DNA of 64,000 bases from a virus (Duplodnaviria > Caudoviricetes), in the IMG/VR virus record IMGVR_UViG_3300021399_003599; one strand, written 5' to 3'. The translations under genes were made by a program, and so were the position numbers. The notes under the pieces were generated by a model, which saw only the letters and a program-made list of their open reading frames with translations, was not told where the DNA came from and made no database searches. Position 1 is the stretch's first letter. Each line of letters starts with the position of its first letter. This document shows, piece after piece, positions 8,792 through 18,061 of the stretch.

Positions 8792-9802
8792 TTATGATTT
8801 ACTTACAATATCAGCTATTGCTTCCTCAAGATTATTAATAGCAAGATTAATATCTCGATAATAAGAAATAACTATATTAGCATCAATACTTGTATTATTT
8901 TCATCAGTTGCGACAATTTGTACCGTAGACGGATTTTCTGAAAACATTGGCATAGTAATACTAGGAATCACAAACGTTTCCACTGGTTTCCGCATTACAA
9001 CAGTTGCCCCAACTAATGCATCAAATGTTGCTTGTGTAGCACTAGACCCCGCATAAGCATAAAATCCAGTTTGTGTGGTGCCAACATATAGTCCATTTTT
9101 ATCAAACGCGCACTTAGAACAATAACCTACAATAGAATCTGTTGTATTTGTTTCTGCTCGCATAGCTTCCGCACTATCCCACAAAGGAATAGGTGAATCA
9201 AAAGTTAATAATGCAGATTTTTGTTTTCCATTTGTAACCATCGTTCCTACGCTAGTAATTGTACGCTTTGCCGCGCGTTCATAAAGTATACCTGAACCAT
9301 TTTCATCTATTATTAATTCATCACGTTTTCCATTTGGAACACTTTGTAATAAATGAACAACACCTTTATTATCTATTAATGTTAAAGGAACAGAAATAGA
9401 ATTATTAATATCTGCACCACTTATTTCTAAACTTATATTTGCGATACTCTTAATTGCTATTGGGTTACTTGCAGATGGAGTCCCAGTTTGGCTACAGCGA
9501 CCATAAATAGTTAATCCTGCTAAACGGGTTCCCGCAACCACATCATCTAATGTAATATCAATACCACTTTCAGTTCCTTTAAAATTATTGTTAGAGTATG
9601 AAGGAGAAGATCCTCCACCACCACCACTGTTTCCAAGAAGAGGAATCCATTGTTTATTTGAATTAATAATATACACTTCACCATTTGATAATACTAAGCA
9701 GGAAGCTCCCATTGGAGGATTCGTTTGCAAGATTAAAGGCAGATCATTAGGAGTGTCCGCAACATAAGTAGGTTTTTCATTATTACTTAAAATAGAATAC
9801 AT
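8792..9802 (-). CDS. Fibre-like protein with shared N-terminal domain
   Basis: N-terminal TYVADTPNDL...PPMGASCLVLSNGEVYIINSNKQW, a Gly linker, IYGRCSQTGTPSASNPIAIKS, and C-terminal RDINLAINNLEEAI coiled coil. Confidence 0.7.
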   Translation of the reverse strand: MYSILSNNEKPTYVADTPNDLPLILQTNPPMGASCLVLSNGEVYIINSNKQWIPLLGNSGGGGGSSPSYSNNNFKGTESGIDITLDDVVAGTRLAGLTIYGRCSQTGTPSASNPIAIKSIANISLEISGADINNSISVPLTLIDNKGVVHLLQSVPNGKRDELIIDENGSGILYERAAKRTITSVGTMVTNGKQKSALLTFDSPIPLWDSAEAMRAETNTTDSIVGYCSKCAFDKNGLYVGTTQTGFYAYAGSSATQATFDALVGATVVMRKPVETFVIPSITMPMFSENPSTVQIVATDENNTSIDANIVISYYRDINLAINNLEEAIADIVSKS

Positions 9803-9827
9803 TATGTGCTCTCCTTTTGTTTATTTA

Positions 9828-10445
9828 TTAAGATACATGGCCTGGGTTAAAGGTTTGGGGAGCATACCCTGGAATTCTTATAATCATTCCAAATGGTGTT
9901 TGCGCATTGATTTGATCGATTATTTTCTGACCAAAAGATAATCCTTCAGGAGAGTCACCGGGAATAAGACTACCAGCCAAGGGCACAATTGAATGCTCAG
10001 GATCAGAAAATGCTTGAACAGGCATATCATCAAAGCCACCAATAGTAATTCCTTGATGTCTAAGTACTCCTCTTTCTGGCTCTGCATCTATTCCTCCTAA
10101 TGGCTCAATTAATTGCCATTGACCAGGAATGATTACAACAAGCTCTTGAGGATTTTGTTGATATTTTTCAGTAAAAACATCCGTAGCTTTAAAATCTTTA
10201 AGATTAGCTACTTTTTGATCTTTAGAAAGAACTCCAAATTGAGGACCTTTATCTATTATATAACTATTAGGAGACCAAAGATAAAGCCCTCTAGGACTAA
10301 CGTTACCATCATCAATATTTAAATGAATACACTTGGTTCCTATTGGGAGGTCAGTTTTTATACAAATACCAAGCATATCATCCACTGTATCTGCAACATA
10401 AGTATTAGCACCCATTGAATTTTTATTTAATATATTATATGCCAT
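9828..10445 (-). CDS. Hypothetical protein with shared N-terminal domain
   Basis: MAYNILNKN...TYVADTVDD...LPIGTKC is paralogous to neighbouring genes. Confidence 0.75.
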   Translation of the reverse strand: MAYNILNKNSMGANTYVADTVDDMLGICIKTDLPIGTKCIHLNIDDGNVSPRGLYLWSPNSYIIDKGPQFGVLSKDQKVANLKDFKATDVFTEKYQQNPQELVVIIPGQWQLIEPLGGIDAEPERGVLRHQGITIGGFDDMPVQAFSDPEHSIVPLAGSLIPGDSPEGLSFGQKIIDQINAQTPFGMIIRIPGYAPQTFNPGHVS

Positions 10446-10464
10446 TTATATTCGCCTCCCCTTT

Positions 10465-11112
10465 CTAAAGCATCTGTTCATGACTAAAAACAAATACTAT
10501 TTGATCAGAAGCATATCCTTTAGATTGAAGAATTGGAACCCCTTCTGTCAAAAAATCAGAAGTAGAAATTTGTTTTACATTTCCAATATCTGCTATAGAT
10601 ACACTTTTTGCTAAATCTTCGCATGTAATAATTTCTAAGAAAGAAGTATTATCATTTACGTCTTCATATTTAGTTTTACCTATGTTTGCCCAATAAGAAC
10701 TAAAGAGTGATGTTGTTGCATCTATTTTTGGGATACCTATTAAGCCAAAATAACTAGAGCCACTACTGCCTTGACGATATAAAGCATCAGGATCATCCGA
10801 CATGAAGGAATCAGGTATTGAATCCAAAGTATATGTATCAGTAATCCATGCTCCTTGTCCTAAGCCTGCTATATCGGACCATATTCCACCTAACGTCCAT
10901 TCAAATTGATCTAAAGGAGCTAGTTCTGCTGTTGGATTAACTTCAAAAACCTTTTGCTTTGTAAACATATAAGTACTATATGGATTCATAACAATGGCTT
11001 TAGTACCCACAGGTAGCTTAGAATCCTTGCCTAACTCAGTTAAGTCATTTGTCGACTCACAAAGATAAGTTGGTATATTAGTTGATGTACGTTTAATTAT
11101 TTTATATGCCAT
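10465..11112 (-). CDS. Hypothetical protein with shared N-terminal domain
   Basis: MAYKIIKR...TYLCESTNDL...LPVGTKAIV is paralogous to neighbouring genes. Confidence 0.75.
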   Translation of the reverse strand: MAYKIIKRTSTNIPTYLCESTNDLTELGKDSKLPVGTKAIVMNPYSTYMFTKQKVFEVNPTAELAPLDQFEWTLGGIWSDIAGLGQGAWITDTYTLDSIPDSFMSDDPDALYRQGSSGSSYFGLIGIPKIDATTSLFSSYWANIGKTKYEDVNDNTSFLEIITCEDLAKSVSIADIGNVKQISTSDFLTEGVPILQSKGYASDQIVFVFSHEQML

Positions 11113-11133
11113 AATACCTCTTTTCTCATTTGG

Positions 11134-11619
11134 TTACCAAGCACTAACTTTTTTAGATATTAAACTAGTACCGATACAAATAGCGTCACTTTCATCTTCA
11201 GTAGCTTCAATATGATAATGCTCTTTTACAAAATTCATTGAAGCTTTTTTCTGTTCAGCTCTAAGCTTTCCAAAAGCAACACCATATATATCCTTTACGT
11301 TTTTACGCCAAACCATTGGAGGTACAATCTCATAATCCATTTTATTATTAACACACCATAACAAAATAGCACCCTGAACCTGAGCTAAAACCTTAAAAGT
11401 TTTAACATTACCATTTTGTTCTTGTATATCTTCAAATACAAGTCTATCAAAATGATATTTCTGCAGTAATTCATCCAATAGATCAGTGAGTTTCAATAAT
11501 CTCTTTTCTATCGGATGGTTTGCGGGCGAGCTTATATGACCATAATCAATTAGATGATCCTCATCAAATACACAATATCCGCTTACTTTACTACTTTGAT
11601 CCAGGGCTACAAAAAGCAT
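11134..11619 (-). CDS. RuvC-like Holliday junction resolvase
   Basis: RNase H-fold catalytic motifs ALDQSSKVSGY, VFEDIQ and DESDAICIG. Confidence 0.85.
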   Translation of the reverse strand: MLFVALDQSSKVSGYCVFDEDHLIDYGHISSPANHPIEKRLLKLTDLLDELLQKYHFDRLVFEDIQEQNGNVKTFKVLAQVQGAILLWCVNNKMDYEIVPPMVWRKNVKDIYGVAFGKLRAEQKKASMNFVKEHYHIEATEDESDAICIGTSLISKKVSAW

Positions 11620-11620
11620 T

Positions 11621-11674
11621 ATACCTCCTAAAATTATTTTAATATCCTAAGATATTTTTAATTTTAGGAGGTAT
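11621..11674 (-). promoter_or_regulatory. RBS-sequestering hairpin upstream of the resolvase gene
   Basis: Perfect 16-bp inverted repeat ATACCTCCTAAAATTA (11621-11636) / TAATTTTAGGAGGTAT (11659-11674) covering the AGGAGG RBS; inner AATATC/GATATT stem. Confidence 0.8.
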
Positions 11675-11696
11675 CTATTACTTTGTTATGTCCTAT

Positions 11697-11897
11697 TTAG
11701 TTATCAGTTAAAACATAAATTACAGGATCACCGTCTTCATTTATTACTGTTGTTACGAGCAAATCATCATAAGGAGTTTCAAATTCATCTCTACGAGTTG
11801 TCTGATAAATCTTTAAAAGCTTCTCATCGCTAGCATCTTTTACGGTAATTACTGCATACTTATCTTTAAGACTATTAAAAACTTCTTTAAAGTTCAT
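11697..11897 (-). CDS. Hypothetical protein
   Basis: 66 aa, AGGAG RBS, in operon. Confidence 0.65.
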   Translation of the reverse strand: MNFKEVFNSLKDKYAVITVKDASDEKLLKIYQTTRRDEFETPYDDLLVTTVINEDGDPVIYVLTDN

Positions 11898-11922
11898 ACT
11901 TGTCTCCTAAAATCAATTATTA

Positions 11923-12147
11923 TTAAAACTTTCTACCGCACATTGGACAATAATGAATTAAAACATGATCTTCAATATTAATTGGATGGTCAAAAATCAT
12001 ATCTTCTGCTTCATATCGAATACAAGGCACAGTAATACTCCAACCTTGATCATCACAAGTTTCATATCCAGCTAAATAAAATCTTCCTACTCCTCCTACG
12101 GTAGGGAGAAGAGCATCTTTACTTCCACTACAAAATTGACAGCTCAT
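11923..12147 (-). CDS. Small zinc-binding protein
   Basis: CQFC ... CPMCG Cys pairs. Confidence 0.7.
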   Translation of the reverse strand: MSCQFCSGSKDALLPTVGGVGRFYLAGYETCDDQGWSITVPCIRYEAEDMIFDHPINIEDHVLIHYCPMCGRKF

Positions 12148-12167
12148 TTATTAGCAGTCCTTTCGTA

Positions 12168-12614
12168 TTAAAGACCTGTTGATCCAAAACCTCCACGTGC
12201 TTCATTATGAAGATCATTTGTTTCCTGGAAACGGATTATAGGCTGAGTTGGAATTAATCTAAATTGGAAACAACGAGTTCCCGCAGGAATAGTAATGTCT
12301 CTAGTTGCATAAACGCAGACAAGCCATACATCATCATTACCATTATAAGCATTATCAATATAACCGACGCTATTGGTTAGGAGAATACCGTAACGCTTAA
12401 ACGTACTTGACCTCGGCAGAATAAGTGCATCAAACCCCTTTGGCAGCTCCATCGCTACACCAAGATTCATAAAACCCCATTCGCCCTTATGCAGAGTAAG
12501 CTCATCCCTGCTATAAAGATCGACACATCCACCTTTTTTAACCTGCTCAAGTGCGGGACTGCCATGATATTTAATTGGAATATCTACTGCTCCATTAATA
12601 GTATATGCAGACAT
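12168..12614 (-). CDS. dut: Trimeric dUTPase
   Basis: Motifs LILPRSS, GYIDNAYNG, CFQ and RGGFGSTG. Confidence 0.93.
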   Translation of the reverse strand: MSAYTINGAVDIPIKYHGSPALEQVKKGGCVDLYSRDELTLHKGEWGFMNLGVAMELPKGFDALILPRSSTFKRYGILLTNSVGYIDNAYNGNDDVWLVCVYATRDITIPAGTRCFQFRLIPTQPIIRFQETNDLHNEARGGFGSTGL

Positions 12615-12883
12615 TAAAACTCCTTTTCAAAATTATAACTGATATCTTCAATATAACGAACGATATCTTTTGGATCTTCAAAGATCTTTTTAATACTAAC
12701 TATATACCAACTCTCAACTACTTCACCCTTACTCTTCCGCTCCTTGAGTGAAATATTAAAAGTGTTAATTACATAACCAATTCGATCTGCCTCTTCCCGC
12801 TGCTCTTGCTTAAAACGATTAACATCATCTTCAGTTTCAAGGCGATAGCTTTCTACAGTAGACACTAAAGCTTTTGATACCAT
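12614..12883 (-). CDS. Hypothetical protein
   Basis: 89 aa, translationally coupled to neighbours. Confidence 0.7.
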   Translation of the reverse strand: MVSKALVSTVESYRLETEDDVNRFKQEQREEADRIGYVINTFNISLKERKSKGEVVESWYIVSIKKIFEDPKDIVRYIEDISYNFEKEF

Positions 12884-13134
12884 TACTTTCCTCCTAGCAT
12901 CTTAACCTGACAAGAAATATTCTTATCTTCTGAGAGTTTGCGGAATACCTTATCACTGATCTTGCTTAGGTTATTCACTAGAACAACATCAGCGTCGTAC
13001 TGCCGCACTAGTTCTTGAATCGTCTTATTCAGCTCAGAGAAGAAACTTGAAAAATGAAGATCCTCATCTGGGGTATGAACTATAATCACAATATACGTAG
13101 TAGTTGGATAAACAATAATTTCACTCTTTAGCAT
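12883..13134 (-). CDS. Hypothetical protein
   Basis: 83 aa, overlapping start/stop codons with neighbours. Confidence 0.65.
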   Translation of the reverse strand: MLKSEIIVYPTTTYIVIIVHTPDEDLHFSSFFSELNKTIQELVRQYDADVVLVNNLSKISDKVFRKLSEDKNISCQVKMLGGK

Positions 13135-13517
13135 GGAATCACAAATCCTCTCGCATCAAATAAAATATAAGCATTGGCTACCCCGCCAAGATTAACCCAC
13201 AGTTGCCAAACGTCATTCTCCTCATCATAGTCTGCCGCAATCCAATGCCCACGACTATCAAGCACACTTGCTACTTCTTTTACAAAACTAGTCGCAAGGA
13301 CATCTACACCATTGTACTTATTGGTGCATTCAAATACAGTATAATCGTTCTTTTCTCGACACAGTAGCATAAAATAATCAGTTGATGTTTCTAGCTTTGG
13401 ATAGGCCCAATCCCAAATTTCATCCTTTGTGTTCTCCCTTTTTTCCATTTTCATTGCCGGCCAATTTGCTCTCTCCGCGCAGCAAAGAGAGTATTTATCT
13501 GCAGAAAGCAAGTCCAT
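13128..13517 (-). CDS. Hypothetical protein
   Basis: 129 aa, GAAAGGAG RBS, directly downstream of a consensus promoter. Confidence 0.75.
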   Translation of the reverse strand: MDLLSADKYSLCCAERANWPAMKMEKRENTKDEIWDWAYPKLETSTDYFMLLCREKNDYTVFECTNKYNGVDVLATSFVKEVASVLDSRGHWIAADYDEENDVWQLWVNLGGVANAYILFDARGFVIPC

Positions 13518-13549
13518 TATTACTCCTTTCGTATTTATCTTACAAACAT

Positions 13550-13578
13550 ATTATATAATAAAATCTATTAATTGTCAA
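13550..13578 (-). promoter_or_regulatory. SigmaA/70-type promoter
   Basis: TTGACA-17 bp-TATAAT. Confidence 0.85.
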
Positions 13579-13665
13579 AATAAAATACTTGGGCAGAGTA
13601 AAATAAAAGTGAACATTTGCTTTTTATATAGAATAGGACTAGACCTGAAAAGAGAGAAGGTATGA

Positions 13666-14031
13666 ATGGATCCAATGACTTCTATAACTATCGCATTAAT
13701 ATCTGCATCTCCCGCAGTTATTGTTGCTATTATACAGTTATTTACAAATTACAGTAACAAAAAATATCGTATCCGCAAAGAGCAAGAAGAAAAAGAATTA
13801 ATTGAAAACACAAAGAAAAATGACAAGTTGCAGCTAGCTATGGCCCGTTTAATGCTTCTTGAAGAATATAAAAAATGTATAAAACAAGGTTACTATGATC
13901 TTGATGACCGCGCAGTCTACCATGAAATGTTTGAAGCTTATAAAGATAAGGGCGGTAATGGCATTATCGACAATATCAAAGAAAAAATACTTGCTTTGCC
14001 AACAGAACCGCCCAATTCTCATCCAGAATAA
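13666..14031 (+). CDS. Membrane protein, holin-like/lysis-module-associated family
   Basis: N-terminal TM helix (ITIALISASPAVIVAIIQLF) and C-terminal AYKDKGGNG motif seen in phage lysis-region proteins. Confidence 0.55.
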   Translation: MDPMTSITIALISASPAVIVAIIQLFTNYSNKKYRIRKEQEEKELIENTKKNDKLQLAMARLMLLEEYKKCIKQGYYDLDDRAVYHEMFEAYKDKGGNGIIDNIKEKILALPTEPPNSHPE

Positions 14032-14040
14032 GGTGATTAT

Positions 14041-14349
14041 ATGCCTTTAAATTTTTATCAAGGAATAGATAAAGCTTTACAAAAATTAGACTATACCTAT
14101 GCAAATAACGGTATATTATTTTCTAAAGATGCTTTAAGAATGTATGGAAAATTTTCTGATACCTTCATGCCTTTTGGTGAAAATAGAACACTAATTGAAG
14201 AAAATAATTATAATCTTTTATCAGAAGAAAAGCAAAAAAAAGTTAGACAAACTTATTATATTCCAGATGGTGAAATAGGATATATACATCCCGCATATAT
14301 CACAGCCAATAGACACAGTTTAATTATTCTTACTAATGAGGAATTATAA
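14041..14349 (+). CDS. Small hypothetical protein, paralogue of 14822..15160
   Basis: 102 aa; YGKFSDTF...YNLLS resembles FGHFEDSF...YNVLS. Confidence 0.7.
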   Translation: MPLNFYQGIDKALQKLDYTYANNGILFSKDALRMYGKFSDTFMPFGENRTLIEENNYNLLSEEKQKKVRQTYYIPDGEIGYIHPAYITANRHSLIILTNEEL

Positions 14350-14585
14350 TGGACTACATAGATAATCTTATTTATGGTAGTACTTTAACAGGTGAATCAA
14401 TAAAATATCAATTAAAAGATAGAGTACTACGCAATATGGTTGGAGCAATACAAGCAAAGACAGAAGAAGAAGCCAATACTTTTTTCCAAGAGGCTAAACA
14501 AGGTTTCTTTTCTGAAGGATCTTATTCGAGTGCGGCTGACGCTTTAAGTGCGGCGCTCCCTCGATGGCATATTTGTACTGAGTAA
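14349..14585 (+). CDS. Small hypothetical protein, paralogue of 14598..14822
   Basis: 78 aa ending ALPRWHICTE. Confidence 0.75.
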   Translation: MDYIDNLIYGSTLTGESIKYQLKDRVLRNMVGAIQAKTEEEANTFFQEAKQGFFSEGSYSSAADALSAALPRWHICTE

Positions 14586-14597
14586 AAAGGAGTTAAC

Positions 14598-14822
14598 ATG
14601 GCAGACATTGATACTATCAAATTAACACAAGATGGTATAACAACAACTTATTATATTAGAGACACAGAAGCTCGTAGTATCATGGAAGCTATGGGAACAA
14701 CCGCAGACCCAGATACAGAAATTGCTTTATTGCGGGCGGGCTTCACTGATAAGAACGGCGTTTATCCCAATGCGTTCGCCGCAATTAAAGACGCTCTCCC
14801 TAGATGGAAGGTGTGTGAATAA
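14598..14822 (+). CDS. Small hypothetical protein, paralogue of 14349..14585
   Basis: 74 aa ending ALPRWKVCE; N-terminal IDTIKL...YYIRDTEAR resembles fibre N-termini. Confidence 0.75.
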   Translation: MADIDTIKLTQDGITTTYYIRDTEARSIMEAMGTTADPDTEIALLRAGFTDKNGVYPNAFAAIKDALPRWKVCE

Positions 14823-15160
14823 TGGCTATTGATATTGCTACATCAACTGGTGGTTATCAAGCAATCAAAGAAGAGTCTGAAAGCAATGACGCTAGTATCT
14901 TTATCGATACTGAAAACTTTGATCTGTTTGGACACTTTGAAGATTCGTTTGACTTTTTAAACGAAAAAACTATAATGATTACTACCGCGGATTACAATGT
15001 GCTAAGCACCGCAGAAGAAGGCACAATAGATTATGAATTGTGGCATAATCCGCACATAACTTGGGTAGTACAAGACGACAATGAGCTAGAGACTGTTGGA
15101 TTAAACACAGTAAGTGTAACAGGTTCGACTCTCAATATAACATTAAGTACTAAAAAATAA
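14822..15160 (+). CDS. Small acidic hypothetical protein
   Basis: 112 aa, TAATG-coupled, followed by a terminator. Confidence 0.7.
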   Translation: MAIDIATSTGGYQAIKEESESNDASIFIDTENFDLFGHFEDSFDFLNEKTIMITTADYNVLSTAEEGTIDYELWHNPHITWVVQDDNELETVGLNTVSVTGSTLNITLSTKK

Positions 15161-15197
15161 AAAGGGAACTAACTAAAAAAATTAGTTCCCTTTTTTT
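15159..15197. terminator. Bidirectional intrinsic terminator
   Basis: AAAAAGGGAACTAA...TTAGTTCCCTTTTTT between convergent genes. Confidence 0.9.
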
Positions 15198-15744
15198 ATT
15201 CTGTATATAAAACTACTTTACCTTGTATAAAGCTTTGTTGAACATCTATTACTCTTTGATTACGGCTACCGCGCCATTTAAGAGTAATATCTTTCTCCTC
15301 TTGGATAAAAGGACCATCAATAAGAACGTCAACATTTCCTAAAATAGCAGCTAGTGCTTGCGCACTTAAATCTTTATAATATTCTTCGTCTGGTTGATCA
15401 TACTCTTTCATTAACTGATCCCAAGTATAACCTGTCCAAACCCAGATTTTAATTTTAGGATGCCTAAAACGAACTTCATTGAGTAAAAATCTTGCAAGTT
15501 GTGGTCGGTTTTGTTTTGCTAATGGTTCTCCTCCCAATAGAGAAAGTCTAGTTATGTGCGGCTGATCGAGTAATTGTAAAATAGCTTGTTGCGTTTCTTC
15601 AGTAAATTCTTTTCCGGCTTTAAAGTCCCAAGTCTCAGGATTGAAACATCCAACGCAATGTTTATCACAACCTTGTGTATATAGAGATACACCCCATCCT
15701 AAACCATTTACACAATCACATTTTAAAATATCTGCGTATCTCAT
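15196..15744 (-). CDS. nrdG: Anaerobic ribonucleotide reductase activating enzyme
   Basis: Radical SAM CxxxCxxC (CDKHCVGC), LLGGEP, DVLIDGPF, WRGSRNQR; adjacent to nrdD. Confidence 0.96.
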   Translation of the reverse strand: MRYADILKCDCVNGLGWGVSLYTQGCDKHCVGCFNPETWDFKAGKEFTEETQQAILQLLDQPHITRLSLLGGEPLAKQNRPQLARFLLNEVRFRHPKIKIWVWTGYTWDQLMKEYDQPDEEYYKDLSAQALAAILGNVDVLIDGPFIQEEKDITLKWRGSRNQRVIDVQQSFIQGKVVLYTE

Positions 15745-17984
15745 AGTTTGACCTGGCTATGCTTAATTCTAGCTTCTGTTTCAGCAATTTTGCCATTATT
15801 AAAAGCCGTCTTATAGTTCCCTGTTAAGTAGCCTGTCACTCGTCTTAGCTGCTGAATATTGTGGCTGCCGCACATAGGACAAGTATCATTAAACTCATCT
15901 GTATATCCACAATCTAGACAAGTGTCATTAGGAACATTCAAAGCGAAATACGGTATATCTTTATCCATTGCATAATTAACTAAAGTCTCAAGTGCTTCAA
16001 TATTGTTCTTTACGCTTCCGTCAAGCTCAACATATGTAATACAACCAGCACTTGAATATCCTGTTAACTGACTCTCAATGTCGATTTTTTCAAATGGAGA
16101 AATTTCTTTCCAGACAGGAACATGGATACTATTGGTGAAATAATCATGGTCACTTACATTAGGAATCTCACCATATAAAGCTTTAAATTTCTTCATGGCT
16201 GTATAGCATAGATTCTCGGCAGGAGTATAATATACACCAAAGTTTAAGCTATACTCTTGCTTAAACTCCGCACAACGATCCTTGAATAATTGTTCAATTT
16301 GCTTAGCAAGCTTCATTCCTCGTTCTTCGGTATGATCACATCCAATAAGGATTTGAAGAGTTTCCGCGAGACCTAATTGACCAATAACAATCGTTCCATG
16401 CTTTAAAGCAGAACGAATTCCTTCTTCTGGAATATATCCTGCCATCGTATTATTTTCATACATAAAGGATGCTGACTTAGGATCTTGCGCGCAAATCCAA
16501 TCAAAACGTTCAATCAACATATCCTTAGCTTCATGAATCTTTTTATCTAATCTTTTCATAAAAGTATCAATTAACAATTGATTATCATATCCATCTGGAT
16601 AAGTGATTCGATTAAGACTTTCTTTTACTTCCATTGCTAAAGTTGGCATAATAATAGTAACAGGGCAAATGTTCCCTCGACCATCTTTTAATTGTCCAAA
16701 ACCATTAATATCAAAGCCATTCGCAGTTCTGCAACCCATGGTGCTAAAGTATGTGCGGGGATCGTTAACATCATAGCCCGCATTTCCAGACCAATCTACA
16801 TTAGCATAATTAGGATAGAGTCTTTGCGCAGTAGATTTAAGAGCCAGTTGGAATAGATCATAATTAGGATCTCCTGGCTTACGATTTACCCCAGTCATGC
16901 ATTGGAAAATACCACAAGGGAAAATACTAGTTTTATGAAGTTTACCAAGTCCTTCAATCGATACATTTAACAGGGCTTTAGTAACCATACGTCCCTCTGG
17001 TAAAGTACAAGTCCCATAATTAATTGAAGTAAATGGTAGCTGGTTCCCGCTACGAGACTGTAATGTATTTAAATTATGATACATACCTTCTACTGCTTGA
17101 TGGGTTTCCTTGATAGTCATATCCATTGCGTATTTATAGATAGCAGAGTCTTCTTTAAAATAATCATCCTCAATAGAGAAATTCTTTTTTATAGCATGAG
17201 CTATAATTGTATCAGCTTCATCTTCTGAAAGATTACCAATATAAATACAAGCATCTTTATAATGCTTATAAAAACTCTTCCGAACATATGGAACCATTGT
17301 CCAATCAATATGAGTAGCACTTACACCACCAAATTGCTGAAGCGATTGTAGCTGGAAAATAACCGCTACTAGCTGCATAGCAGTATTAATACTGTTTGCG
17401 GGACGTACATCTGTTTGACGTGTGTTAAAACCATTAGCAAGTAAATCATCAAATGGTATAGATAAACAATTATGAGTACCAACAGCGTATTGATCTAAGT
17501 CATGGATATAGATTTCATTGTTTAGATGATTATCCCTTGACATCTTAGACATACAATGATTCAAAGCATAATCTTTTAACATAACAGATGTTGCTTCACC
17601 AATTCTTCCACCAAAAGAGTGTTCATCTACATTGGCATTTTGATTGTCTATCTGTTCAGAAAGAAGCTTCGCCGCGAACAATTTACTTAATTCATTCTGT
17701 CTGCGGAGCTCATGCTCATATCTATAACGAATAAAGCTTTGAGCTACATCTTTTCTGCGGGTGCTCATTAATCCATGTTCACAAAGATCTTGACATTTTT
17801 CAACCGAGATTTCTCCACCATTTTCCTCGGTATAGTTTTCAATATAATCTGCTATATTCCAAGCTTTTAGATCTGCATATTCTGTAATTTCACCATCTAC
17901 ATCATAAAAAGCTGCGATAATAGCATTATAAATTCTTTCTTTGTCAAAATTTTGTCTATCACCATTTCGTTTTATTACATACAT
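15741..17984 (-). CDS. nrdD: Class III anaerobic ribonucleoside-triphosphate reductase
   Basis: ATP cone (VIKRNG), MGCRT, two CxxC motifs and the glycyl-radical loop RRVTGYL. Confidence 0.97.
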   Translation of the reverse strand: MYVIKRNGDRQNFDKERIYNAIIAAFYDVDGEITEYADLKAWNIADYIENYTEENGGEISVEKCQDLCEHGLMSTRRKDVAQSFIRYRYEHELRRQNELSKLFAAKLLSEQIDNQNANVDEHSFGGRIGEATSVMLKDYALNHCMSKMSRDNHLNNEIYIHDLDQYAVGTHNCLSIPFDDLLANGFNTRQTDVRPANSINTAMQLVAVIFQLQSLQQFGGVSATHIDWTMVPYVRKSFYKHYKDACIYIGNLSEDEADTIIAHAIKKNFSIEDDYFKEDSAIYKYAMDMTIKETHQAVEGMYHNLNTLQSRSGNQLPFTSINYGTCTLPEGRMVTKALLNVSIEGLGKLHKTSIFPCGIFQCMTGVNRKPGDPNYDLFQLALKSTAQRLYPNYANVDWSGNAGYDVNDPRTYFSTMGCRTANGFDINGFGQLKDGRGNICPVTIIMPTLAMEVKESLNRITYPDGYDNQLLIDTFMKRLDKKIHEAKDMLIERFDWICAQDPKSASFMYENNTMAGYIPEEGIRSALKHGTIVIGQLGLAETLQILIGCDHTEERGMKLAKQIEQLFKDRCAEFKQEYSLNFGVYYTPAENLCYTAMKKFKALYGEIPNVSDHDYFTNSIHVPVWKEISPFEKIDIESQLTGYSSAGCITYVELDGSVKNNIEALETLVNYAMDKDIPYFALNVPNDTCLDCGYTDEFNDTCPMCGSHNIQQLRRVTGYLTGNYKTAFNNGKIAETEARIKHSQVKL

Positions 17985-18061
17985 TATATGTCCTCCTTTA
18001 TATAAATTAGTTTAAGGCTATAATAGTATATATATTTAAAAAATAACATACTCCATTTATC

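Noticed and set aside
13429-13665. 78-aa + strand ORF across the divergent promoter region
   Set aside because: Overlaps a real - strand gene and promoter elements; no RBS
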